A DNA stretch of 57,488 nt, filler included, from Platydemus manokwari (taxonomy: Eukaryota), in NCBI GenBank assembly GCA_037951405.1. It is 4 parts of 4 records of this genome, joined end to end, with 100 filler letters (N's around TTAATTAATTAA, not from the genome) between each part and the next. Parts side by side here need not be neighbours in the genome. Positions count along the whole stretch, not along the records: positions 19,443 to 38,468 come from JBBMOY010133343.1; positions 38,569 to 48,451 come from JBBMOY011192877.1; 2 more parts are not named here. One strand, written 5' to 3'. Under the pieces are notes generated by a model that was given only the letters and a program-made list of their open reading frames with translations, was not told the DNA's origin and made no database searches. Shown here piece by piece: positions 28,796 through 41,047 of the stretch. How positions within the stretch are numbered: the stretch's first letter is position 1; every line of letters begins with the position of its first letter. The translations under genes and the position numbers were made by a program.

Positions 28796-29376
28796 TTATA
28801 CTCTGGATTTACGTCTGTACCGCCGTTCTATTTGAATGTATTGCTGATTCTGATTGGGATCATCATAATTTGGTCCATTATCATTTTGGATATCATAACC
28901 ATACTGGGACATGTAAGGAGATGAGAGTGAATTGTAATTGTTAGCCTGTTTGAGAATCGGTTGATCACTGCCATAACCGTATCCGTATTCTGTAATTTCT
29001 TTAGGCATATCTTCGATTTTCGGAGCACACCAATTTGGATTGACATCTTCGGGAATATCAGCCCATGGCTGTTTCTCTCCGGAAGCGAATATCGCATAGA
29101 ATATCACACCAACAATGTGAATCAAACTGGCTATTAGAAATACGTACGACCAAGATTCTCGAGTCTTAAAACAAACATAATAATTTTAATTATTATTATT
29201 ATCACAATCGAATTTTATCATATTTTGCAACACAACTGTTATTGTAATCTACAATGAAGCTTCATTTATCATGAAATATATTTATATATAAACACATATG
29301 ATACAAGAATTGATACGAATAAAGAGGAAACAGAAAACGGAAATTGTAATTATTTATGAGGTGGAAACTCATAAAA

Positions 29377-29413
<37 letters not shown>

Positions 29414-32400
29414 GACGATGACGTATGAATAAATCAATAAGTCTATTACCATATAAATCATCATTTTTAACAATCAATAACTTTATCAACAAACTAGTTG
29501 TACTTTTTATCTTTTATTAACACTGTGATTATATTTTATAAAAAATGAAAATCTACCGATGCATCAAATAGAAAATGGGAACAACGTAAATTTTGGATTA
29601 TATACGAACAAAATTATGGATATTATTCATTGAAGCATGAATAGAATTCTCAATAGGATTATTGTCAAAACTTAAAGATCTCTATTGCTGATGGAAAACA
29701 GTATTTGATATTGGATAGCTATATTGGAGATATATATATCCATGGTTAGGTGATCATGCATCAATAATTCAATGTCTCGCTTGGTGAAATAGCCTATAAA
29801 GCGTAACAAGTTTTGTGTTTCAAATGAAGCTAACAATAATGAGAATATTAACAAACATGAGGAATGTTTTGAAATATCGATAATAATAATTTCAATAAAA
29901 TGATAATATTAATAATATTATGATATTGGACAGATCTATTGAGTAATTAATTTGATTCCATAACAGGTAACTCATTAATATTTTTCTATTCTTCATTATC
30001 AAATTGAATTGGAAGTCTTAAACAAATGAATCCATTTTACAACCTCTTACCAACAAATATCAAGGATTAATCGATGAAATAATTGTAACGACGATAATCA
30101 TTATCCTTCACAGATTAAACATTCGCATTGATCACAAAACTTAAGTGTATCGGTTATTTATTTATCTATTTTAATAATTATGTGAAATGAAAAAGATCTT
30201 TGATTGTACATAGGAATAATTGCGATACATTATATATATGATTAAAAAATGATGTTATGACAATGTTTCGAGCTATGATTTTAAGATATTTAAAACTGTA
30301 AGAATAATTATTTATTTTTGATGGAATATTGTGCTTAACATTGCCATTCATTAAAATACCGATATATGTGTCATCTTTTATCTCAGTTTATGTTATTATG
30401 CAAATGAACTCCATAGTAACGTATCCAGTTAAGTGGACAGCATGAATCTTTCAGAAACAACCAAGTAACAGTCAATATGAAACATATATAATTTCCAAGA
30501 ACAAATGTGCTGATAACGCAAAGTATGCAGTGATAGTGAATGTTGGTTCGAATCCATAAACGAGAGAATTATTATATGGCGGGTTTAAGTTCTTATTCGA
30601 TACAAATGATCAATGAAAATTACGAAACTCATCTTTTGATGGACTATGTGATGGGATTGTCAATTGTTCAATGAAATAACTCTTAACAACAATTACATGT
30701 CATCTCTGTGCTTGAGCAAAATAATTCGTAAGCTTGTCTTTGATAAATAATTATTTAAAGTTCTTTCATACTTGGCTCTATCAATTCAATATTATGATAA
30801 AATAAAGAAAATAATAAAACGATTAAGTAGAAAACCAAATTAAACTGAAATTAAATTTATTTAGGTTATTTTATTATTATTTAAAATTGTTTGTGTTGAT
30901 TAGTTTTTTTCATTTTTTAATTCAATAGATTTAATGAATTATTACGAATTAATGGATCTATTTTAACGAAATGAAAACACTTGTAATTGTCATTGTTAAT
31001 AATTATTGATATTAATCATAAATTATAATATCGAGATAATAAAATCTGTAATAATAAAAGTATTAACATTGACAATATAATTATAATCATATTATATATT
31101 TTTATAAATTCCGAAACATTAAATGCCTTCATTTCCTTTATATTTTTCATTATATTTAAAATAAAAATAATAATATTAATATAATTACTAATAATAATAT
31201 TCTTTTCTCAACTTTATAATTCCATTCGTTAATTACATTTACAACTCAAATGTTTTCATCAAATATGAGAGCGTATTTATCCATGGAAAATTTTAATTAA
31301 AAATATATTTCGATTTCTCCATTACTCCTGAATCTCGTTGTCCGCATGGTGATTTAAGATCCCCAGAGAGTTCATATTAAATATTCATAGTAATTTCTCG
31401 AATACAAAAAACAAAAAAAAATAAAATCAATAAACCTATAAGGCAATATAAAATTAATAATATTAATAGTAATAATAATAATTATTATTATTATCATTAT
31501 CATGGTCCCAGAAGAGAATTAAGATTGAAATAATAATAATTTTTCAATTAAACATATCATTTCCTTGGCGATAGATTATTAGATGAACGATTTTTGCACA
31601 GTATTCAAAATATCTATTTAATCCTCCATTTGCTTCTGCTCTGCTAGAAATAGAAGCTCGAGCTTTGAGTAATTAATAAATGCTTTGTTTTCTATGAGAC
31701 TACATCAATGGCCTTTCAATAAACAATATTGACAGATTAACATAAAGACTTTCTCTGTTGCTAGATGTTCCTGTCCTTGCAGTTGAGAGGGAAAGAGCTT
31801 TTCGTCAACTCCCAAAGGAAAGCGTGGTAATTTACGATGAATTCCGAAGTTTAGATGGAAAATAAGCTTGTCGTGTTTGATTACTGCTGTTGGTCTTAAT
31901 GATTTATCAATAATATTTTAATCTTATAATTATAGTTGGAATGTTTTAGATGCATTTTTATGGACTTCGAATATGAGAATAATTATTAATAACAAATATA
32001 TTAAAGTACTTACGATTATAACGATAATAGTAATTATTATAATCATTATTATTATTGTTAAGAAATGAAAAATTCTTTGATGTTATAAATGACGTTGTTA
32101 TTAAAAATAAACTTTGTCAAAAAGTTTTATTTTATTTAGATTTTTTTCTTAATGACCTTGAGATCCTTTTAACGAATTGAAAAATTGAATTTGAGTTAAA
32201 ATAAATTTTTGCTTTATTTAATTTTAAATTAATTTTTAAATTTGCATTCTGTTTTTAAATTCAAATAATTTGAAATCTTTTTGTGTTTTTGCTTATTTAT
32301 TGATTGATTAAAGGATTGTCATACACATATCCGATAATTACATGTGCCAACAACCAATTAGATTCTTTCTAATATTAATCCATATTTAGAAGTTAAAAAT

Positions 32401-35400
32401 CGACAGGCACATACCTACAGATGGCCACAAACTCAAACATCTACCAATGGCATAAGACATGCAAGGAAATTCATGAGCAGACCTGTTTGCGAGCAAATTC
32501 AGCAAATAACAAATGAAGCTTCAGGACATTAAACGGAAATTATCAAACGGGCACATCAATAGATCTATAAAAGAGGTTATGTTCCATGAGTAACTGCCAG
32601 TCTCATTTGGTCGGTTATCTATGTTCTATGCTTGAATTTTACGTGATTTTCAGCAGCCAGTCTTTTTGATTGTTTTCTATTCTCTGATTGACTTTCAGGT
32701 GCTGATCCCGCTTTGTATGATAATCCATTATTGACTTGTGATAAGATTTTCATTGTATCTGTTCATAACCGAGCTTGTGATATAATTTTCAGGTTTTATT
32801 TCAAATGGTTACCTAACATGTATAAAGGGAAAATCAGTTTTAAAATGATTGTGATAAAGAAATACATTATTTGAAACTTTGAGAATAAATTTCTTTGAAT
32901 AATCTGTGTGTTGGAAATATATTCTACAAAGACTAGCTTATGACTAATTTAAATAATTTGTATACCATAGATAAAATAGATGCGTCTATCATTATTATCA
33001 TTATCATTATTATTACCAAAATAATGATAATGTTGTGGTTGATATCATGATTATTGTTTCTTAGAATAATAAGAAATATTAAATAGAAATATTTCTGTTA
33101 TTATAAATTACCATTTTGAAAAATATTTCAAAAACAAAATTGATAAAAGCCTCCGAATTTCAAAAATCATGAAATTAGTAAAGAGTTTATTAATGCCATG
33201 GTGATCGTCAGATTAAATTACACATCGCAATCACATGAGAAAACCGTAGTAAATTTAATTCTTATAAAAATAAATATTGAATATTTTTTACATTTAATAT
33301 AAACTAAACATATATAAATGCGATTATTTTGTTTAAATTAATCAACTTCAATGTATATAAATAAATAAATGAAATACAAACCTGAGCGAGATTATTATGC
33401 AATAGATCATGAAGATATTTAGACTTTTGATGATTAGCAAATAGAACGACCAGCTCCGAGCGAAATTTGCAACGATTATCGCATAGACTGGCATGGATGT
33501 GAAAATCTTTCTCCATGGTATTGGTAGTTTCTGAAAATAGATTTAGCTTTATATTAAATATATTAATTATTTATATTTTATTTAAAATCTTTTTTTTATT
33601 TATTTTCCAAACCCTTTGTTATTTTTTGATAAATAAGCTTTCGATAGATTTACAATTTATAATATGCGAGGATTTTCAAGCAAATGAAAATTAAGAACGA
33701 TAATAAAACTTTATATTAAAAATATTAATTTTATAAAATTTGTTTATTTTAACTTTAATATTTTTGTAAGAAGATGTAAAACATAAAAATTTCTCTTTTT
33801 AAAATCAAAGTGCGAAATTCTGGTTTTTTGTAGTCTAACTTTTGTACGTCGTAGTCGGTTTTCACAGGCATGAAAATGTTCACTGTGTTCTTTTCTTTAA
33901 TTCAGTCTTCTCGTACCGCTATCATCCCGTTTTTCATCAATTACAAGGCTTAAATCTAAAACACAGAATATAGTCATGTAACAATAATAAAACTCAATCG
34001 ATGAGCAGTCGACGTCTACATTATATCCTAAAACAATAAGCCTTTTTGCTAAAATTGCAAGTACTGCATTATGCTTAGAGGTCGCCCTATAAGGGTTACC
34101 AATGCAATTGTTGAGTACGTGGGCCATCTTTTCCACTGCAGTACCGCATTACACGGAAAGGCCGGAAATTCAGTGGTAAGAGATTATTTCTACCCAAGTC
34201 CAGGAAGTGCCAAACCTGTGGTGAGAACTCAATTGAGTCCAAAACTCCCATTGAAACCATAAATAGCGCAACAGTTTTGACTAACATACCCTGGCGCTTT
34301 TTTTCAGTCCAAGAAACCAAACCCATCATGAAGAATAGAACACAATTTATCCTTCGCTTTGTTGCCTATCATATATTGTGAATCCCTACAGATAACCTTA
34401 ACAAATATATTTCCTTCAAGCAAGACGAACTTAAAATCTATTCCTCTTTTCCGCAGAGCCCGGACTCCCAACCGAACCTTCGACCACCAAGAGCACGGTC
34501 CAGCATGTTCATCATCAATTGTGTTATTTAGCCAGTCAAGAGCCCTATGGAATTCGTCAACTTTAATTCGATTGAAGCACTTGTTCACTACTGAGATTAA
34601 TCTCTTTTTGATAAAAGAAGCAAAGACAGAGTCAGAGCTGTTCAACAACCGAAAACCTCAAAAATATTAATTTTATAAAAATATTTTAACTTAACTTTAA
34701 TGTTTTGTAATTTTTGAATTAGTTTTCAATACATGGATAATAAAATAGTATTCGGATATTAAATTAAAATGTAATCCGATAATGATTCCTTTTATCTGGA
34801 TATAATTTCTAGTGAAGGTCTAGTAAAGTATGGGGACCGTGGGTTCAAATACTTCTGTGAATAGAAGTATGGAATTTTCAATCCGATATCTAATCAGGTA
34901 CTGACGAGTAGAAACAGCTATGAGACCTGATTCTTTTTGTGGATTATCGAATAGAATTGGAATTCATGATGATGATCAGGGAAATGCATATAGACAACTA
35001 CAGTGAATAATATCATTAACTGATATATTTATCCTCCACCGATAATTTATTGGAATTTATCTCAATATTTCCAAAACCTTGGATTCAGTCGTACAAAAAT
35101 TAAAGACACAACATATATACAAACCAATGACATATTGTTTCTTTTTCTAACAGTCGTAGAATGATAATTATTATTCGATTCTAACTGCCGTATTCTGTGA
35201 AATATCATTGGCAGATAATTTGAATATAGTGGGTTTGGAAATTTAATTAATTTTTCAGTACACCAGTGTAATCGAATCTCGAGTCAGTAATCATATCGAG
35301 AAAAACACAGACAAAGAGGAATAAATTTTCACTGAACTAATTTCAACGGATGGAATCGTTGGATTGAATAAAACAGTATGGCTTGCTGTCAACTGCTTAT

Positions 35401-37482
35401 GCTGTATGGTTAATAATAATAACACAATTTGCCATTAGCGAATTTATGAAGATATTTTTTTTGATTTCCGTTTTCTTCAACAAAAGCTATTAGAATCATA
35501 CGAAAACTAAAATCTCATCTTCATTGATCTTTGAAAATGTGATGTTTGTGTTGGGCGATTACATTAATAAAAATAGGCTTTTGATTTGTAGCTAGTAGCA
35601 ATTCGTTTCGCTGAAACATTGATACTGGGATTATATGGATTCTTGCAATAACTCATAACATATTATATTTAATTGATATTAGTTTTGTTTTAATGAAATG
35701 AATGATTTTTAACATAAAACACATGATTTAAATCATAATTTAAATTCCAATGGTTCATAGGCCTTCATTTATGTCAGCCATATTCGATCTAAAAATTTAG
35801 AAAACGCTGGACCCGATTATTTCTGAATAATTTTCTATTCAGGCTTATCTTATATCGAATAATGCCTTTCCTATTTTGTATGATGTAATAGATGAATTAG
35901 TATGATATATTTCATCTGTAAGGTTTCTACACCACAAAAATCAATACGTTTATAATTGCCTGGATATCGTGTCGAGGAAAAGATTCACGATTAAAATGAA
36001 AGAAATCATTTCTACACAAAATATGGTGTCAATGTTCTCAAATTAATTTAACCAATCAATCGCAATTGCTTATCATTTCCTGATTGCCGACATTATCTAT
36101 GGTAAACGAGCTAGAAAAATGATGAGAATATTTATTTTTATTCTCGAAAAAAACATAATAGAGAGTATAATCGATAAATTACGAAGACTAACAAACTCAT
36201 AATACATTAATCTATGATTCTATATGTCCCGGTTTATGCTTTTATATCTATTTCCTTGTGGGAATCATTCATCTATAATTTGACAGAGCTTCCTGTTCTC
36301 TGTATTCTTATCTGAGCTATGAATGCATTATGATGATTCAGGTAAAATATTTTCAGGTAAAATATATTTAGTATTTATCAATTATAATCTGTTGAATTCG
36401 GGATTCAGTTTCATCATATTGGGTGGCTGATAAAGATTTTACCTCATTGACCACCAAATAAAAACTAAAGCAAATGCCGCTTGAATTATCAATGGAAAAC
36501 AATGAGGTAGATTTTGCCCGATCATTTCTGCTGGAATCTTCTAATATTATTGACAAATGGAAACATTAGCAGGGAATGATTTTCGAAGTTGCTTCAGACG
36601 ATTCCATTTCTATTAATGTATTCGAATTGTTGACATATTCGGTTCGTTGTCGATTTCTCAGCTGACTCGTTTTGTTTGCCCATTATAATTGCTGTTTTAT
36701 CCATTCTCTTTCTCTCCATTTTCGGCTTATCCACATTTGTTTAACTTCGACTGTCGATTTGTTTTTATCAAAAAAAGAAATTATTTTTGTCACTCAACAC
36801 ATAAAACAAACGACTGCGATTAGCAAAAGGTAGAGAAATGAGTGATCTTTCATCTCGGGGAACGAAATACAAATGGAAACATTATGATGATTAAAGTTGG
36901 AGAAAAATAATTATCTAATTTCGTGTCGACATTTTCGTTCTTTATTTCTATAATGGATCGATGTTTATGATGCATAATTTATCGGGTTTAATGTTTTTTA
37001 TAATTGGTTTGTCTTTCTGTTTCGATTTGTGTTTTTTGTATGTCGATTAATTGTGGTGAAAAACGATTTGAAAGATTTAATTTATTAATTATATTTGCTT
37101 TGACATGGAATAATCGATATAGCTTCGAATATTATTAATTTATTGATTATTTCGATTTATTTTAAATAAATCAATAATAATATTATTAAAATTAATAATC
37201 GGATTATTATTAACAAAAATAATAATTATTATTAATAATTATTAAAAAATAATAATTATAAATAGAAAAATAATAGAGTTTCAACCAAATTTAAATCAAT
37301 CCACTGCATATGATAAAATTTGAAAAAATCAATAAAATTAATATTAACCGAATCTGATCCTGAACCTTCTGCCAATGTGCCTTCAATGTATATTCGTTCA
37401 TCGTCACTTATATACGGATGTACTGATGGTTTTTCGTAAAAATTTGTGAACCAAATAATTCCCCAACCGATTCCAGTGACTC
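28796..37482 (-). CDS. VGLUT: Vesicular glutamate transporter (SLC17A6/7/8, eat-4-like), partial; frameshifted in this assembly and possibly a pseudogene
   Basis: Three exons with AG/GT borders: 37482-37349 ([29 protein letters not shown]), 33530-33382 ([28 protein letters not shown]) and 29164-28796 ([36 protein letters not shown]...stop). These are diagnostic VGLUT motifs. The 5' exons and the TM8-11 exons were not found. Confidence 0.85.
33782..33955 (-). repeat. Dispersed repeat, inverted copy of 11572-11746
   Basis: Direct sequence similarity (see the partner feature). Confidence 0.6.
33990..34660 (-). mobile_element. 3' fragment of an RLE-type non-LTR retrotransposon (Utopia/NeSL-like), frameshifted
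   Basis: Three successive frames give FRLLNSSD...LDWLN...SWWSKVR, then KKRQG...[15 protein letters not shown], then [10 protein letters not shown]...[10 protein letters not shown]. These match the post-RT region, zinc knuckle and RHN motif of R2-group elements (WRFIHRARLNxLPLN; ETLxHVLxxC; RHNAV). Confidence 0.7.
34870..35950 (+). mobile_element. Heavily decayed LINE (CR1/L2-like) reverse transcriptase remnant
   Basis: [14 protein letters not shown] at ~35050-35090 resembles xxFLDLSKAFDSV. Scattered upstream and downstream LINE-like motifs occur in the expected order, with no ORF. Confidence 0.45.
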
Positions 37483-38468
37483 CTAGACAAAATATATTTG
37501 ATAATTCTAATTCTAATTTCATTATCATTTTTAGTATATTATTTATTATCATCAGGTCGATTAATTAATTAATTTTTCGGTGAGATTTTAAAATGTCTTT
37601 ACATTCAACAATATAATATCTTCATAATTTTCATAATCAGCTAAAAATATTCAAAACCATAGAAATGTCTTCAAATGAGGACGCAATATGTTTTATGAAT
37701 TTTCTGTGCACTGCACACACCTCAACTTGAACACACTCGATAGTTCAAACACACACTCACACAAGTTGAGGTAATGTGTAACATCGGATTGTATATTCAG
37801 ATGAAAGGCAATTTATTTGCACTTTGATAAAAAATGCTATAACAGATTCCATTCAGAGTATACAATGCTGTGACAGATCATTCAAAAAGGTTCTGTGTCT
37901 TGATTCCACCGACTCCTAATTTGTTCTCCAATACAATTGTCTATAATAATAGATTATAAAAGTTTGTGCTGAAAGAGTGAAAATTAAATATAACACTTGC
38001 GAGTAAAGTCTTATAAACAGTAAAAAGCAAAACATGTCATCAAAATTGATTCGTTTAAACCCAAGTTCAGTCTTGAATTGTAAATTGAAAGAAATAACTT
38101 TATAAAACGAGTTAGTGATAGAAATTGACAATAATCACTCTTAAAAATAAATAGGTTGGAATAACCATTGGATAAAATTAGAGAGCGCCAGTCTTGTCTT
38201 TCTTCACCTCTTTTACATTTTCGCAATTCAAATCAATTGCGATCATTTTCCGATTGTAAATGTTTATCCAACGAATTCATTTCGAATATATTTGAATAAA
38301 ACTTCAATATTTATGAATATTAAAAAGTTTTAATTGAAAATCGCAGATAATGGGTGTTAAAAAATATTTTGTCCAAATTGAAATCTAAAATTCTAATCTT
38401 ATCGATTTTTATTTTGTCAAGGATTTCATGAAAATATCGAAGTTGAGAGATGCATTAAACATGAAATG

Positions 38469-38568
38469 NNNNNNNNNNNNNNNNNNNNNNNNNNNNNNNN
38501 NNNNNNNNNNNNTTAATTAATTAANNNNNNNNNNNNNNNNNNNNNNNNNNNNNNNNNNNNNNNNNNNN
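38469..38568. other. Assembly gap with artificial TTAATTAATTAA spacer
   Basis: 44 N + spacer + 44 N. Confidence 0.95.
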
Positions 38569-38922
38569 AATTACTTGCTAACTTTATTTTTAGATGCTAA
38601 TGATATAAAGAAAAGATTTGAAAGTTCATGAACATTCTATTAATGTATAATATAACAGATTTTGTTACAAGATTTCACTTATAAATATTTTATTGTGATC
38701 ATACAAAAGTTCATTTAGTTATTTCCGTTACATTAATTCACATGAACAATACAAAAATCTGGTTTATTTCAAATTATAAACAAGGTCAAAATAAAAACCT
38801 AAAATAATTATTTAAAGCTAGACAAAGCATATAATTGAATGTTTTTTTATTTTGAATAAATTTATGTTCTAAATTTGCATTATTGAGATTGTCACGCCTC
38901 AACCGACGTTGACGGCAATCGT

Positions 38923-39133
38923 ATAAAGTGCCAAAAATGTGGAAAAGATAACCACAAAACGGCCGAATGCAAGGCCACGAATTTACAATGTGAAAAATGC
39001 GGGAAATTAGGACATCTGGCAATCATCTGCCGAACGTCTCAATATTCTCCAGTAAAACGATATGACGTAAACCTAAGCGGCAAAATTAAATGTTTTGATG
39101 CGGGCAATTCGGCCACATAAGCTGTGTATGTCC
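38923..39133 (+). pseudogene. gag: gag nucleocapsid with three CCHC zinc knuckles
   Basis: CQKCGKDNHKTAEC, CEKCGKLGHLAIIC and, after a 1-nt deletion, CFxCGQFGHISCVC. Confidence 0.85.
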
Positions 39134-40419
39134 CTGCAATCCAGCCAACCAAGTTAACCATGAACAGGGTCACAAACCCTCCGACCAAGCAGTTGTAGCA
39201 CATGGGCAAGCGGTCTATGATGGATGGACCCGCCTACAACAATTAGAGCACGAATATACCGAAGAAAGAAATCGCGTTGAACGTCTACGAGCACTCAACG
39301 AACGATATTTAATGACAATATGAACTCCGGTCAGCAACGACAGAGATAATAAGGCCACAGCATGGCCAATCACTAAACGAATGTGCCTCGACGCACCCAT
39401 AGCAGGAAACTTTTGTATTTAAGGTATCAGATACGGTTGGTTTACCTCGTCACACTATGCCCATCCGGCAGGCAAACACGACGGTCAAAAGCACCGATCT
39501 GCTTTGCCAACATTCTAATAATATATATGAACCAAGGTCCACAGGCCTTTACACCTGTCACCAAGGTAGCACACATGACGCAAACAATAGGGATATTATA
39601 CATGAACCGAAGTTCGCAGGCCTTTACATCTGTAACCAAGGTCGCCCATTGATATACAATGAATTACAAGAGACGAGCCCATCTAACGCAACTATTGGAT
39701 GTGTAGCTGAACTCACGGGCCCGACGCTCAACATTACTGAACGGACAGTAGATATAAGCCCACCCAATGCGAGGCTACACACATTGGCACGACGCCGACA
39801 ACTAAAATTGAATCCATGAGTGATTCTGACTTAAAAAAAAACCGTACTCAACCAAGAGAACGCGATAGTTACAATTGAGATGTTCAAAGCCGACAAAAAG
39901 AGATTGACACAGTTTCCTACGAATTACAGAAACCGATGACGAAAAGATGAAGAGCCTTTTATGCTCTCACATTTATGTAACGATACCTACGGACACATTA
40001 GCCAGAGTAGTACCTTTACTTACTCCATTATTGGAACGAACGACTATTTATCGGAGCAAGGTACAGCTTCTACTCCAGAGATACGGTCTCGCACTACGCA
40101 GTAGTTTACTCGGACAGCCTCCAGTGACTATAAACATCCGGATTGTAGACAATGGCAGCTGGATAAAACATTAGTCAGTTTATACGAAAATAAAGAAAGT
40201 TAGACAAGACTTTAAGACAGAGAAAGTCATTACAGACCCATTCGCGCTCACTATTTGGGAAAATCCCGTCGACGACGATAAATATTTGGTAGATGTCGGA
40301 CGTCTACCAGGACATGCAATGGTTATGAAGGTCATATCAGTACCTATCCAATCCAATCAATACGGTCATAATCAAGCCACCCTAACTGACGGTTTAGGAG
40401 GGCTGAATGGAGGATTTCT

Positions 40420-41010
40420 TAACACCCTCATTAAACTCATTTTAATCTGTAATCTTTTGGGAAAGACGTCTATGCTAACCGCATATGACTGTGCTAAACC
40501 CAAACTCTACGATATTTTCGCTAGTGGATTTAATGGAATGGCCTGCCTTACGATTACACAAAGTACAACGAGAACCATCGGAATTTTACTACATTTATCA
40601 AAAAATAGAATTTTATCGCACACCAGTCAATGAGTGCCGAGTCACAAAATTCGTTTTCTAATACTATTGTGGAGCGTTCAGCCGAGCCTCTGTACTTGAC
40701 ACCAAACTGATATCCAGGAGAATCAACATCTCACCTGAAGCGTGTGATGATGCTTTTGTACACGGGAAACTCAGAGTCGATAGTGAACTAACTCTCACAG
40801 CCAAAATAGGAAAAACTTTAGCAGAAATCGTTAGCTGATAGAGCATGTATTGGTCGAGGAAAAACCAGATAAGGGGAACACATATCTCATGTGGTCGAAA
40901 TCGAAGACTTTACAGTGGAGTTACGACAATATGAAGGAACATACGACATACACACTGGAAAAATGACGCAATACCCCACTTGTAGCTCAATGCACAATAG
41001 CTGTAAAGTG
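40420..41010 (+). pseudogene. env: N-terminal fragment of a chuvirus/herpes gB-like (class III) viral glycoprotein, env-like
   Basis: Hydrophobic signal-like TLIKLILICNLLG, then AYDCAKP / NSTIFSLVDLMEWP...YIYQKIEFYRTPVNECRVTKFVF*YYCGAFS...ISPEACDDAFVHGKL... / VVEIEDFTVELRQYEG...CSSMHNSC. The spacing matches the recalled chuviral G pattern GYDC..SLLDVGEC..LLQ...QCKI...YHCGMHS..ISREAC. Confidence 0.7.
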
Positions 41011-41047
41011 AATTGAGCAGTTTTAGCATTACACCGAACGACATTAT

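Noticed and set aside
31700-32800. Weak hAT dimerisation-like [11 protein letters not shown], and candidate VGLUT TM8 sequence near 32450
   Set aside because: Single short motifs with stops; neither is convincing.
33304-33516. 70-aa [11 protein letters not shown]... as a separate gene
   Set aside because: It is the alternate frame of the frameshifted VGLUT exon.
36368-36760. Coding-like minus-strand stretch in the VGLUT intron
   Set aside because: Interrupted by stops with no recognisable motif.
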